A stretch of DNA of 64,000 bases from Candidatus Marsarchaeota archaeon (lineage in GTDB: Archaea; Micrarchaeota; Micrarchaeia; Micrarchaeales; CABMGC01): the NCBI GenBank assembly GCA_023379055.1, contig JAMCSX010000017.1, positions 35,868-99,867 on the forward strand. Direction: 5' to 3'. A program made the position numbers and the translations under genes. Shown piece after piece: positions 1-9,397 of this stretch. Under the pieces are notes generated by a model that worked only from the letters and a program-made list of their open reading frames with translations, had not been told where the DNA came from and made no database searches. Position 1 is the first letter of the stretch. The number at the start of each line of letters is the position of its first letter.

Positions 1-339
1 CGTAATCTCGTATACCCCCGGCACTGACACAGTGGTGCATGAGTCTATATTAAATGATTGGGAAACGGTTGTAGTTACCTGCGTGGGCGTGGATTTTGGT
101 GCAAACATGTATACGAGCACACCAATTATTGCAATAACCACCACTGCGGCCATTATCTTCTTGGCAATGCCAGTGCCCCCTTGTTCTTCTTCAAAAGGAT
201 GTTCATTCCCCGCTTCCGCAGTTGGTGGCTGAAGCAGCTGCTTTGGCTCTTCCGTCCCTGTATTATCAGGAGGTGACCCTGCCTTAAGGTTCCCATCCTC
301 TACCTCATATGAATCCTTTACCGGAGTTTCATCTGCCAT
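1..339 (-). CDS. hypothetical membrane-anchored protein, N-terminal part (gene continues past the window start)
   Basis: Not in the ORF track because there is no stop inside the window. Hand translation of the minus strand from the ATG (rc of 337-339) stays open for all 113 codons to position 1: MADETPVKDSYEVEDGNLKAGSPPDNTGTEEPKQLLQPPTAEAGNEHPFEEEQGGTGIAKKIMAAVVVIAIIGVLVYMFAPKSTP... The head is acidic and Pro-rich and is followed by one clear TM helix. Confidence 0.45.
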   Translation of the reverse strand, partial: MADETPVKDSYEVEDGNLKAGSPPDNTGTEEPKQLLQPPTAEAGNEHPFEEEQGGTGIAKKIMAAVVVIAIIGVLVYMFAPKSTPTQVTTTVSQSFNIDSCTTVSVPGVYEIT

Positions 340-394
340 AAGTCCAATCACGTTAACTTTATATCTTTGAATACTTATTTATAAATAACTAGGT

Positions 395-468
395 GCCCCG
401 TTAACTCAGCCTGGCAGAGTGCCAGTTTCGTAAACTGGAAGCCGAGGGTTCAAATCCCTCTCGGGGCT
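395..468 (+). tRNA. tRNA-Thr (anticodon CGU)
   Basis: Hand-folded cloverleaf. Acceptor GCCCCGT/TCGGGGC (one T-T mismatch at 7-66), D arm ACTC-AGCCTGGCA-GAGT, anticodon arm CCAGT-TTCGTAA-ACTGG, T arm GAGGG-TTCAAAT-CCCTC. No intron and no encoded CCA. Confidence 0.85.
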
Positions 469-585
469 TTCTTTTCAGAGGTTGAATCGCCCAGTTTCCC
501 ACAACGTTAATAAAGTGGGTAAGAAAGGTACTATGCCTGTGAGGGGCTAGAATTTGGAATAGCAATGGCTTCCTAGGATAGGCAC

Positions 586-593
586 ATATATAA
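586..593 (+). promoter_or_regulatory. TATA-box-like element upstream of ribC
   Basis: The sequence atatataa is centred about 37 nt upstream of the ribC ATG (627). This fits an archaeal TATA at about -27 plus a short leader. Positional argument only. Confidence 0.3.
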
Positions 594-626
594 GGCCTGT
601 TGAGATAGTCTATTTAGTGGATACCT

Positions 627-1091
627 ATGAAGGTGGGATTTGCAGATACAACGTTTTCAAGGTTTGATTACGCGCCCGCAGTGCTGGGCGTACTGTCGAA
701 GAGCAGGCCCCATGTCAAGATTGAGCGCTATACGGTGCCTGGAATAAAGGACCTTCCTGTAGCTTGCAGCATTCTGTTCAAGCGGGGATGCGACATAGTC
801 ATCGCATGCGGCATGGTGGGCAAGATGCCGATAGACAAGCAGTGCTCGCATGAGGCGAGCATGGGCATGCAGGCAGTGCAGCTTATGGAGGGAAAGCACA
901 TACTTGAGGTGTTCGTGCACGTGGATGAAGCAGGGAGCGACAGGGAACTCTCCGAAATCTGCAGGAACCGTGCAAGCAGGCATGCGCAGAATGCACTGTG
1001 GCTTCTTTTCGACCAGGCTACACTGCGGAAGCGGGCAGGAACCGGAAGGCGGCAGGGCAAGGCTGACGAAGGGCCGTTGAGGAAGGTCTGA
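627..1091 (+). CDS. ribC: archaeal riboflavin synthase
   Basis: ORF 627..1091. The pattern MKVGFADTTFSRFDYA...VPGIKDLPVAC...CGMVGK...CSHEAS...HILEVFVHVDEA matches the MJ1184-type archaeal riboflavin synthase. Its stop directly abuts the ribH start. Confidence 0.9.
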   Translation: MKVGFADTTFSRFDYAPAVLGVLSKSRPHVKIERYTVPGIKDLPVACSILFKRGCDIVIACGMVGKMPIDKQCSHEASMGMQAVQLMEGKHILEVFVHVDEAGSDRELSEICRNRASRHAQNALWLLFDQATLRKRAGTGRRQGKADEGPLRKV

Positions 1092-1502
1092 ATGGTTTCA
1101 ATAGCAATAGTAAGGTCGGAATTCAACAAGGAGATAACATCGGCAATGCTGAAGCATGCAAGGTCGCATGCAATGGAGCTTGGACTCAGAATAGTTGCCG
1201 AGGTCACGGTGCCAGGCGCATTTGACATGCCGGTGGTGATAAAGAAGATGCTTGAAAAGAGGAATGTGGACGGCGTTGCTGCCATAGGCGCAGTCATAAA
1301 GGGGGAGACGAAGCATGATGAGATTATATCGCAGCAGGTAGCGCAGGCCATAACCTCCCTTTCCCTGAGATATAGCAAACCGGTTGGTTTCGGAGTAATA
1401 GGGCCTGGAGTAACATGGGTACAGGCCAAAAAGAGGTCAAGGCAGTATGCTGAGCAGAGCGTTGAGGCGGTTCTCAGGCTGCACAGGATACTCAAGGACT
1501 AG
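1092..1502 (+). CDS. ribH: 6,7-dimethyl-8-ribityllumazine synthase
   Basis: 136 aa. The pattern IAIVRSEFNKEIT...VPGAFDMPVV...GAVIKGETKHDEII...KPVGFGVIGPG is typical of lumazine synthase. It sits between ribC and ribK. Confidence 0.9.
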   Translation: MVSIAIVRSEFNKEITSAMLKHARSHAMELGLRIVAEVTVPGAFDMPVVIKKMLEKRNVDGVAAIGAVIKGETKHDEIISQQVAQAITSLSLRYSKPVGFGVIGPGVTWVQAKKRSRQYAEQSVEAVLRLHRILKD

Positions 1503-1516
1503 GCACAGGTGCACAG

Positions 1517-1915
1517 ATGCATCATACCTTGATCATCACCGGAAAAGTGATCGCGGGTCTTGGTGAGGGAAGGCGTTTCATGAGTTTAAGCGGATACAGG
1601 AAACAGTTTATAAAAAAGCTGGGCATCGATCCATATAAAGGTACGCTTAACCTGAAACTGTCAGGAGAAAACGCGCTGAAACTTGCGCGCATAGAGAAAA
1701 TGCGCGGGATAACCGTCAGGGGATTCAGGAAGGGGAAGAAGACCTTTGGCGCAGTTGAGTGCTACAAAGCGAGAATATTGGGAGCTGGCTGTGCACTGAT
1801 AATACCAAAACGCTCAAGGCATACGGATGTTGCCGAGGTCGTAGCGCAATGGAGGCTTCGCAGCGTGCTCGGGCTTGAGGATGGGGACAGGGTAAAAATG
1901 CAGGTTGCTGTCTGA
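1517..1915 (+). CDS. ribK: CTP-dependent riboflavin kinase (archaeal type)
   Basis: 132 aa. GKVIAGLGEGRRFMSL..Y.KQF..KLGIDPYKGTLNLKL matches the MJ0056-type kinase. It is the third gene of the rib cluster. Confidence 0.85.
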   Translation: MHHTLIITGKVIAGLGEGRRFMSLSGYRKQFIKKLGIDPYKGTLNLKLSGENALKLARIEKMRGITVRGFRKGKKTFGAVECYKARILGAGCALIIPKRSRHTDVAEVVAQWRLRSVLGLEDGDRVKMQVAV

Positions 1916-1917
1916 TC

Positions 1918-2301
1918 CTACTTTGCTATCAGCCCGGGAATCACGGCTATTGCAACTACCAGATTCACGAAGACTATGGACGTTATTATCACGTACGTCC
2001 AGTTCCCCCTGTGCAGAAACGACATTATGGAAAGCAGCACGCGGAGTATAGGGGTTGCTATCAGAACAATGATGCCGAGGAATATGAAGGATATGCCGTG
2101 CAGCTGCAAAACCCCGCCCAGCGTCTGTGCAATGCCTACTCCGTGGGAGCCCGACCCGGCGACGGGATTGATCAGTTGTGAGGTGGTTATTCCGATTCCG
2201 CTTTCAGACGATATTAGTATCAGGCCGATCAGCATAAGAGTTGAGGATAGGATTACGCCTAACCTTAGATTCAGCGATAGCAGATCCTCGAACTCCATCA
2301 T
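1918..2301 (-). CDS. small integral membrane protein (DUF1634-like partner of TauE)
   Basis: 127 aa with about 4 hydrophobic helices. It overlaps the upstream TauE-like gene by 4 nt. The family name is from memory of the common TauE + small membrane protein pairing. Confidence 0.6.
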   Translation of the reverse strand: MMEFEDLLSLNLRLGVILSSTLMLIGLILISSESGIGITTSQLINPVAGSGSHGVGIAQTLGGVLQLHGISFIFLGIIVLIATPILRVLLSIMSFLHRGNWTYVIITSIVFVNLVVAIAVIPGLIAK

Positions 2302-3149
2302 GCAATACCAAACCCCCTGAGTATCATTTCCATCCCCGCTATCGCAAGTATGACAAGAAACAGCACCTGTACCCTTGATCCGCGGATATCATCAAGTTTC
2401 TTTGAGCCATAATAAGATCCGGCAAGTATCCCGATTATTATGGGGGCGCACAAAAGCGGCTGCACGTATCCAAGAGACCAGTATATTGCAGCACTTGCCG
2501 CAGCAGTGACGCCTATCATGAAGTTGCTTGTCGCAGTTGTCACCTTGATCGGCAGTCCCATTCCCCAGTCCATTGCGAGCACTTTCAAGGTTCCCGAGCC
2601 TATTCCGAGCAGTCCGGAGATGAGCCCCGCAGCCGCCATTACCAATTCGCCGAACCACCACCTGAAGCCCGAGTACCTTACTGTCTCGTTTATTGCACGG
2701 TCATAGTACTTTCCGGATAGCTGGAATGCGCCAGTTGTCCAGTCCTTGTTCATTCTCCTCTTCCGGCCCTTTTTGTGCTCCATGAATATTGGGATTATTG
2801 AGATGAAGAGCACAATGCCGAATATTATGAATATGTCACTTGAGAGACCCTTCGCGTATATTGCGCTTGCTATAAGAGCGCCGATTATTGCGCCTCCGGT
2901 AGTTGCTATCTCCAGTGACATGCCTATCTTTATGTTTGACAGCCTGCTCTTTACATACGCGCTTGCAGCCCCGCTTGAATTGGCTATTGTTGCGATTAGG
3001 GCGGTTCCGGCAGCATACTCTATTGGAACACCGAGAAGCAGGGTAAGCACGGGTATGATGACCACTGCGCCCCCAAGCCCGCTGAGCGAGCCTACGATTC
3101 CGGCAACTATGCCCGTAAGCAATAGGAAGGCCAGGTAAACTTCAAACAA
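2298..3149 (-). CDS. TauE/SafE (DUF81) family anion exporter
   Basis: 283 aa polytopic protein with two Gly-rich repeat halves (GSLSGLGGAVVIIP ... GLLGIGSGTLKV), typical of TauE/SafE permeases. Confidence 0.8.
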   Translation of the reverse strand: MFEVYLAFLLLTGIVAGIVGSLSGLGGAVVIIPVLTLLLGVPIEYAAGTALIATIANSSGAASAYVKSRLSNIKIGMSLEIATTGGAIIGALIASAIYAKGLSSDIFIIFGIVLFISIIPIFMEHKKGRKRRMNKDWTTGAFQLSGKYYDRAINETVRYSGFRWWFGELVMAAAGLISGLLGIGSGTLKVLAMDWGMGLPIKVTTATSNFMIGVTAAASAAIYWSLGYVQPLLCAPIIIGILAGSYYGSKKLDDIRGSRVQVLFLVILAIAGMEMILRGFGIA

Positions 3150-3218
3150 TGCATCACTGGAATGTGTGATTAGGTGTGGTAGAATAGATATATTATATCT
3201 TCTTGCGATTTATAGGAC

Positions 3219-3788
3219 ATGGGATCCGGACAGAAATATGTGATTGTGCTTGGTGACGCGTTGATGCCAAACGGCGAGATGACAGATACCCTTAGGCTTA
3301 GGCTTGAAAAAACGCTTGAGCTGTGCGCAGAGGGAATGCCCGAAAAGATAATAGTCACAGGCGGGAAGACAGTTGACGGAGTCCATTATTCAGAGGCATA
3401 CAAGATGGCAGAATACCTTAAAGATCACGGAATCCATGAATCGGTGATAGTTATTGAAGAGGAGGCGTTGAATACTATTGAAAATGCGTATTTCTCAAAG
3501 AAGATTGCCGGAGATGCAATCACGGACATAGTGGTAGTGACCTCAGATACCCATGCAGATAGGGCGTACACAATATTCAGGAAGATATTCGGCAACGAGT
3601 GCAGTATTATGATGGAGACGTCGCCAACACCGCCAGACAGACTGCTTAGAATATTGGAACATGAGCGCGCATCGCTCAGGGAAACAGAGACGTTTGGCAC
3701 GTTCAGAGGCGATAATGTCGACGCTCAGATAAAGGCGCTCATAAACAGCATGAGGAAAAAGGCAGGACGTGCGCAGATTGCCACATGA
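3219..3788 (+). CDS. DUF218 / YdcF-ElyC-like protein
   Basis: 189 aa. The pattern YVIVLGDAL.PNGE...L..RLEK...IIVTGG...VVVTSDTHADRA is the DUF218 pattern. Confidence 0.7.
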   Translation: MGSGQKYVIVLGDALMPNGEMTDTLRLRLEKTLELCAEGMPEKIIVTGGKTVDGVHYSEAYKMAEYLKDHGIHESVIVIEEEALNTIENAYFSKKIAGDAITDIVVVTSDTHADRAYTIFRKIFGNECSIMMETSPTPPDRLLRILEHERASLRETETFGTFRGDNVDAQIKALINSMRKKAGRAQIAT

Positions 3789-3789
3789 C

Positions 3790-5031
3790 TCATTTCTTTT
3801 GCTGGATATTGTCCTTGAATGCCTTTAAGACCGGAAGATCCATTCCGGAGATAAATGCAAGCGCTGACCCGCCGCTGGTTATCCTCTTTCCCCCTAGCAG
3901 GTCGTATGCCCTGTCAAGCCCTATGTCGTCCACCGAGTCTGCGGAATTTCCGCCGAAGGTGTAATTCAGCGCCTTCTCCCCCATGAACCGCGTTATCAGC
4001 CTTATGGTCTGGTTGTAGCCTTTCTCATATCGTCCTACGGGGCCTGCATAGACTATCATCTCTGAACGGTCTATTTCCTCGAAGAATCTGGCAAGCGTTG
4101 CATCGCCTATGTCGGCTATGCTGCCCTTGCCAGGAAGGTTCTCGAGTGTCGCTGTCCCTCCGCCTTCTATTATGAAGTCCGTAGGCGCTATGACCCTGTT
4201 CCCGAATTCGCGCACTAGCCTTGAAGCCGTATCAATACTCCCGGTACCATTTATGAATCTCTCATTAGCACCGGTGAAGCTCTCCTTGTTGGTAACGTAT
4301 CGTACGGATTGTCCAGGCACGCCTCCGCAAAGTACGGTTACATTATTGTTCTTGGCAATCTCATACACATACTCGAATTTCTCCCATTTCTTTCCCCCGA
4401 ATATCACGGATGTCTTCTTTCCGGAACTGATGCTTGATGCAATCTCCTCCAGAATCTTGAGCTCAGATTCCATCTGAAGGCCCAGATATGAAGGTAGCAC
4501 TGGCAGGAACCCTATCAGCGAGGTGTCGGATCTGTGCATTGTGGCAGGCGCATCGTTTATGAATATCCCTGCCAGTCCTGCAAGCGACTTTACCATCCTT
4601 GAATCCGACATCTCCTTGACAGATCTGAACCCTGCCTTCTCGTCATCGTCGTCCCTGACGTTCTTTAGCATTAGCACCTCCCCCTCTTTCAGGTCCGATG
4701 CGGCCTTTGCGGCTGCATCGTTGGTAAGCGAGTCGACATACTTGACCGATAGGCCCTTGGTAAGCGACTCTATGACCTGGGCGTGCTGCTCCATGCTTTC
4801 CAGATAGTCGCTATCGCCCCTTCTTCCCTGATGGCTGAGGATTATTGGCGTCAGTCCGCTGTCGGAGTAGGTCTGGATGGATTTTGCGCACGACTTGAAC
4901 CGGAGATTGTTCCTGCTCACCTGCCCTTCCTTTACTGGCACGTTTATGTCGACCCTGACAAGCGCCTTGCCCTTTATCTTCCCCAGCTGGCCACTTATGA
5001 AAACCTCTTGCGGAAGCTGCATCGGATTCAC
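3790..5031 (-). CDS. pgk: phosphoglycerate kinase
   Basis: 413 aa. ALVRVDINVPV and ILSHQGRRG near the N-terminus, with archaeal PGK length and layout. Its start overlaps the fbp stop by 4 nt. Confidence 0.9.
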   Translation of the reverse strand: MNPMQLPQEVFISGQLGKIKGKALVRVDINVPVKEGQVSRNNLRFKSCAKSIQTYSDSGLTPIILSHQGRRGDSDYLESMEQHAQVIESLTKGLSVKYVDSLTNDAAAKAASDLKEGEVLMLKNVRDDDDEKAGFRSVKEMSDSRMVKSLAGLAGIFINDAPATMHRSDTSLIGFLPVLPSYLGLQMESELKILEEIASSISSGKKTSVIFGGKKWEKFEYVYEIAKNNNVTVLCGGVPGQSVRYVTNKESFTGANERFINGTGSIDTASRLVREFGNRVIAPTDFIIEGGGTATLENLPGKGSIADIGDATLARFFEEIDRSEMIVYAGPVGRYEKGYNQTIRLITRFMGEKALNYTFGGNSADSVDDIGLDRAYDLLGGKRITSGGSALAFISGMDLPVLKAFKDNIQQKK

Positions 5032-6110
5032 TTGAATCTCTTCCTGGCTTCTCCCATCATTGCACGATATCCCTTGCTGTATTCAAGCTCCTCCGGTATC
5101 AAGGTTGCAGGATGCACGAAACCCTGCTCCCTCATCATCTCGGCCTTCTTTACGGCCTTGGTCCTGAAGTAGTCCCAGTCGGGGGTTTCAAACGCGTCTG
5201 TGTGGGCCGTGAATTTGCCCTCATGCATGCTGAATAGCAGAGCACTGACTATGGGTATGCAGTAGTTTGCCGTGGCCGCAGTTTTTATCTTTACAGGCAT
5301 CAGTGGCATGTGGTGGCTGCCACGCGTGTCGCCTGCAACGTAGTGCACTGTCTTGAAAACTGAGCATGCCTCCTCAGTAGCCGGGAAATCCTTCTGGAGC
5401 CTGATCAGTGCTGCAGGATCATCCTTTCCGACGTATGTGCCGCCTATGTTATGCAGCCTGTCAGTTGTGGCGGACAGTATTGGGTCTGTCGCATTCCTTA
5501 CAGAATCTATGACATACCTGCCAGGATACATGAGCACAGTGGCTATGAGGAAATTGTCCTGAGGTATGCTGAACTCCGCCTTCTTGTTGTCCATTACATC
5601 CATTACAGTAAGCTTGACTTCGCTTGCAAGTTTGGGGTTCACTATAAGCCCGGTGTTTGCAGAGGGCTCGCAGAATAGCCTGTATAGCGGATAGTTGAAC
5701 GCGCCAGGCTCGGTCTTGTCCATGGTTATTAGCGCGAACGCCTCATTAGGCCTCTCCTCGAACTCCATCTCGGCGACTCCGGGACCCATGCCCTTTACAT
5801 TTCCTGAAAATGAATCCTTCAGAAGGTCCTGGCCTGCGCCGTACAGCCCCTGGCCTTTTGCAACATCCGCAGCTGCCTTGAATGCATCCCATGCAAGTTT
5901 ATGCACTTTGCTGCTGTTAACCCCGTTCTTGTGTGACATCAGTATGTGTATGTCGTCTCCGGTGTACCCTATGTATGTGTCTATAAGCCCTGCCTTTGCC
6001 TTGTTCTTCTTTACGAAACGCTCCACACTGCTCAGAAGCTCGTCGCTTGGTCGGGTATGACCGCCTATCGAGCCCACATCTGCCTTTATCGCTGTTACGG
6101 TTATTCTCAT
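5028..6110 (-). CDS. fbp: bifunctional fructose-1,6-bisphosphate aldolase/phosphatase (class V FBPase)
   Basis: 360 aa. The N-terminus MRITVTAIKADVGSIGGHTRP and the overall sequence match the archaeal FBP aldolase/phosphatase family. Confidence 0.9.
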   Translation of the reverse strand: MRITVTAIKADVGSIGGHTRPSDELLSSVERFVKKNKAKAGLIDTYIGYTGDDIHILMSHKNGVNSSKVHKLAWDAFKAAADVAKGQGLYGAGQDLLKDSFSGNVKGMGPGVAEMEFEERPNEAFALITMDKTEPGAFNYPLYRLFCEPSANTGLIVNPKLASEVKLTVMDVMDNKKAEFSIPQDNFLIATVLMYPGRYVIDSVRNATDPILSATTDRLHNIGGTYVGKDDPAALIRLQKDFPATEEACSVFKTVHYVAGDTRGSHHMPLMPVKIKTAATANYCIPIVSALLFSMHEGKFTAHTDAFETPDWDYFRTKAVKKAEMMREQGFVHPATLIPEELEYSKGYRAMMGEARKRFK

Positions 6111-6352
6111 TTTATTACCTATTACGCCACTGTTGGCATCTTACACATAATCCTTGTGCACATAGCTGCAGTCCCACTTCCTTCCCGGATATTCAGATGT
6201 GACATCCTCCAATTAATGTGACACCGTTTTATCGAATACTATAACGCAATAACACCTTTTATAACTTTTCTTATCGGTTAATTTGCGAGGTCCACGGTTT
6301 ACACTGGACATCAGGACTGCCAAGTACTGCATCGAATGCAGTGCGGCGAATC

Positions 6353-7369
6353 CTACAAAGAGAGCCCTATGCCAAGGCTTCTGTCGGTTTTCTCTATAGA
6401 CTTTGCGGCATCCTTCTCGATGCTGCACATGGCGCGTATTGCGTCCACGTTCTCAGGTACGACATCTGACTCCTGGTGTACTGCCTGCATGTACTCCAGC
6501 CTGCTTCCATCTACCAGCATCTCCTTCCAGACCGCTATCTCGTAGAGGTCTCCCATTCCCCGCCCCATGTCCCTTGCCATGTCCATAAGGTGTGCAGTGG
6601 ACGCGAGCCCGTCCCTTGCGGATACCGCCACTATTCTTCTGTACCCCGACCATGCGTCGAGTAGCTCATCGCTTGTCGCCCCGCTTCCAAGCTCCACGGT
6701 CACGTGATGTATGTGCATAAGGGTGGTGGATGCCTTTATCGCTGTGGTGCTTATATTCAATTCTGGAATCACCGTCTTCACGTCATCGCCGTGATGCGAC
6801 GGCATCTGCTTCTCAAGTTCAAGAGCGTTTATTGGCCCCTTCTTGGTCTCGGAGGGGTCTGCAGCGCGCCTTACGAGAAACGCGTTGACGGATTTTATGC
6901 CGAATGCGGCCTTCAACGGAAAGAGCGTACGTAACAGCCCGGTAGTGTTGCATGACACAACCCTTGCATATCTTGCCCCGAATGCCTGCCCGTAGTTGGC
7001 GTATGCATTGAATGAGAGCCCAGATATCGAATGCTCCTCTCCGCCCTGCCATATCGCCCTGCATCCTGCCTTTTCGTACAGTGGCTTGTTCTTCTCGCCT
7101 ATGCCTTCGGGAGTGCAGTCCACTATGATGTCGACGTTCTGCAACAGGTCGTCTATTGTACCGGAAACTACCACGCCTGCCCTGTCGAAGGCGCCGGTGC
7201 CAGATAGATCTGACGAATATATCTTGAATCCCTTCGCAGATGCCAGCTTGGCCTTATAGTCGGGATGCCCCTTCGCTATCCCCACAAGCTCCATGTCGTC
7301 CTGCTTTGATACGGCGTAGGCTATGCGCCTGCCAATAACCCCGTAGCCGTTTACCCCAACCCTTACCAT
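6353..7369 (-). CDS. gap: glyceraldehyde-3-phosphate dehydrogenase, archaeal type II
   Basis: Contains VGVNGYGVIGRR (Rossmann motif) and SCNTTGL (catalytic Cys). I place the start at the internal Met (MVRVGVNGYG, 7369) rather than at the ORF-track start 7450. Confidence 0.9.
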   Translation of the reverse strand: MVRVGVNGYGVIGRRIAYAVSKQDDMELVGIAKGHPDYKAKLASAKGFKIYSSDLSGTGAFDRAGVVVSGTIDDLLQNVDIIVDCTPEGIGEKNKPLYEKAGCRAIWQGGEEHSISGLSFNAYANYGQAFGARYARVVSCNTTGLLRTLFPLKAAFGIKSVNAFLVRRAADPSETKKGPINALELEKQMPSHHGDDVKTVIPELNISTTAIKASTTLMHIHHVTVELGSGATSDELLDAWSGYRRIVAVSARDGLASTAHLMDMARDMGRGMGDLYEIAVWKEMLVDGSRLEYMQAVHQESDVVPENVDAIRAMCSIEKDAAKSIEKTDRSLGIGLSL

Positions 7370-7463
7370 AAGACTCAGTTGAATGTTGCCGTCAAACAAA
7401 TAAAAGCCTTTGGTAGGCAGGTCGGACGAACATTTTTTTAATTTGATCATGCATCATACTCTC

Positions 7464-8204
7464 ATGAAGACGATACTGTTCAATTTCAAGACCTATGTTG
7501 ACTTTGACAGCACTATCAAGCTTGCGAACCGCATAGGGAAGATAAGGACAAAACATCGCCTAATAATTGCGCCGCCGACGCTTTTCATACACGCGCTTTC
7601 TGTGGTATTGAATAGCAAGAAGGTGGAACTGTGCGCACAGGACTTCGATTACCAGGAAAGCTATGGAGCACATACTGGCGACGTGCTCATAGAGGACCTC
7701 AAGGACCTTGGGTGTAGATATGTCTTGATAGGGCATTCTGAGGTCAGGAACAGAAAGGATCCGCACAAAGGGGACAGCGAGGAGCTTGTAGGCATAAAGA
7801 CCAGGATGTGCCTGAAGAACGGCCTTACTCCAGTGCTATGCTTCGGGGAGAAGCATGAGGAGAAGGAGGCGGGAATTGCCAAGGCCGTAATATCGAGGCA
7901 GCTTGATACTGCACTTGACGGCATAAGCAGGAAGAAGAGAAGGGGGATAATATTTGCCTATGAGCCGGTCTGGGCGCTCAGTTCGACTGCTGGCGCAAGG
8001 CGATGCGACGTAGGCTATGCAGAGAGAATGGCAGTGCATGCAAGAAAGGTGGTGGGATGCGGCAGGGGCGCAGTGCTCTATGGAGGCAGCGTGGATAAGG
8101 ACAATATTACAGATTACATCTCAAACAGGAGGCTTGACGGGGTGCTGGTAGGAAGGGCAGGCACGGACTTAAAGTCGCTGGGACGCATTGCCGGACTGCT
8201 ATAG
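7464..8204 (+). CDS. tpiA: triosephosphate isomerase
   Basis: Contains MKTILFNFKTY, GHSEVR, YEPVWAL and YGGSV. The start is moved to MKTILFNFKTY (ORF-track start 7410). It is divergent from gap. Confidence 0.85.
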   Translation: MKTILFNFKTYVDFDSTIKLANRIGKIRTKHRLIIAPPTLFIHALSVVLNSKKVELCAQDFDYQESYGAHTGDVLIEDLKDLGCRYVLIGHSEVRNRKDPHKGDSEELVGIKTRMCLKNGLTPVLCFGEKHEEKEAGIAKAVISRQLDTALDGISRKKRRGIIFAYEPVWALSSTAGARRCDVGYAERMAVHARKVVGCGRGAVLYGGSVDKDNITDYISNRRLDGVLVGRAGTDLKSLGRIAGLL

Positions 8205-8894
8205 CCTTGAAGCTGCAGCCTTGTCTAACACAAAAACAGTGTCATCATGTTCCTGCAGAAACGACGCTGGCACATTGCTTGTTATGCCTCCCCTCACCGC
8301 AAGCCTTATTGCGTCGCTTTTCTCCTCTCCGGAGGCAAGAAGCATTATGCGCCTTGATTCCATTATCTCGTTTATTCCCATTGTTATGGCCATGTTTACC
8401 TTTGCATTATTCCGCAGTATGGTGTCAGACGAGAGCGATACCATCCTTATCCTTGAATTTCTCTCAGACCCGGGCTCATTGAACCCTATGTGACCGTTGT
8501 GCCCGATACCAAGCACCTGAAAGTCAAGAGGCCCCTTGCTCCGGTATGCATCGGCATAGAGCCTTACTGAATTGTCCCAGTTAAGCTCGGAATTTGGAAG
8601 ATAGACATCGTTACCTTCAATATCTATGTTATTGAACAGCCTCTGGGCCATATAGTAGCTGTAGCTGCTTGGATCTGACCTGCTTATCGGGTAGTATTCG
8701 TCTAGATTGAAGGAAACCTTGCCCTTGAAGGACAGCCTGCCAGACTGGCACTCCCTGGAAAGCAGATCATAGAGCAGGATCGGAGTATTGCCTGTAGCAA
8801 ACCCAAGAGATACCGAATCCTTCATTGCTTCCTTGAAGATCAGGAACGCCTTCTCTGACATATCTTTATAATTATCGCATACTATTATCTTCAT
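8199..8894 (-). CDS. nagB: glucosamine-6-phosphate deaminase / NagB-Pgl family sugar-phosphate isomerase
   Basis: Contains GFATGNTP, FNLDEY and GIGHNGHIGFNEPGS. The 3' end overlaps the tpiA 3' end by 6 nt (convergent genes). Confidence 0.8.
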   Translation of the reverse strand: MKIIVCDNYKDMSEKAFLIFKEAMKDSVSLGFATGNTPILLYDLLSRECQSGRLSFKGKVSFNLDEYYPISRSDPSSYSYYMAQRLFNNIDIEGNDVYLPNSELNWDNSVRLYADAYRSKGPLDFQVLGIGHNGHIGFNEPGSERNSRIRMVSLSSDTILRNNAKVNMAITMGINEIMESRRIMLLASGEEKSDAIRLAVRGGITSNVPASFLQEHDDTVFVLDKAAASRL

Positions 8895-8943
8895 CTAACT
8901 ACGCTTCTGGTTATATACGATTAGTATTTGGTTGGGATAATTT

Positions 8944-9393
8944 ATGAATATTGCCATTTCTTCTGATGAAAAAAGCGACATTGCAGATTTCGTTGCCAGA
9001 TATCTGAAAGGAAGGGGGCATAGGGTAAGAAGGTTTGGTGCGGTATCTAAAAGGGCTGTGGACTGGGCTGATTCGAGTGAAGAGCTTGCAGAGGAAGTAG
9101 CAGGTGGAAAATGTGATCAGGGAGTGCTCTTTTGTTGGACCGGGACAGGATCCAGCATTGCAGCAAACAAGGTCCCAGGAATTCGCGCTGCGCTCTGCGT
9201 TGACTCCGAAGAGGCGCGCTGCGCAAGGAGATGGAATCATGCAAACGTGCTAGTGATAAGTACGAGGCTCACATCAGAGCATATTGCCAGGGAGATACTT
9301 GATGCCTGGTTTTTAGAGCCGGACGGCTCGAGCGCATATGACAAGAGAAATGTAAAAAAGCTGGCGGATATTGAGAGAAGGCATATGGGGTAA
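8944..9393 (+). CDS. rpiB: ribose-5-phosphate isomerase B (RpiB/LacAB family)
   Basis: 149 aa. The pattern MNIAISSDE...CWTGTGSSIAANKVPGIRAALC is typical of RpiB. Confidence 0.8.
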   Translation: MNIAISSDEKSDIADFVARYLKGRGHRVRRFGAVSKRAVDWADSSEELAEEVAGGKCDQGVLFCWTGTGSSIAANKVPGIRAALCVDSEEARCARRWNHANVLVISTRLTSEHIAREILDAWFLEPDGSSAYDKRNVKKLADIERRHMG

Positions 9394-9397
9394 CCTT

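Noticed and set aside
469-626. Possible FMN riboswitch upstream of ribC, and a cccac...gtggg hairpin (498-519) resembling the hairpin family at 54.6-54.8 kb.
   Set aside because: No FMN-element conserved segments are visible. The hairpin shares only the 5-bp outer stem, with no inner stem, ttta loop or flank conservation.
728-1495. Long antisense ORFs opposite well-supported genes. Examples are 728-1495 opposite ribC/ribH, 24333-24911 opposite smc, 37597-38199 opposite ileS, 45777-46400 opposite the repeat protein, and 62670-63290 opposite ftsZ.
   Set aside because: Their translations are Ser/Leu/Cys/Pro-rich and low in complexity, with no motifs. The sense-strand partners have clear family signatures. 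Stop-codon depletion on the antisense frame of biased coding sequence explains them.
6199-6210. A 12-nt string gtgacatcctcc shared between the fbp-gap intergenic region and the flank of hairpin copy A (54621-54632).
   Set aside because: Exact 12-mer matches are expected by chance many times in a 64-kb window. No hairpin or further similarity accompanies the copy at 6199.
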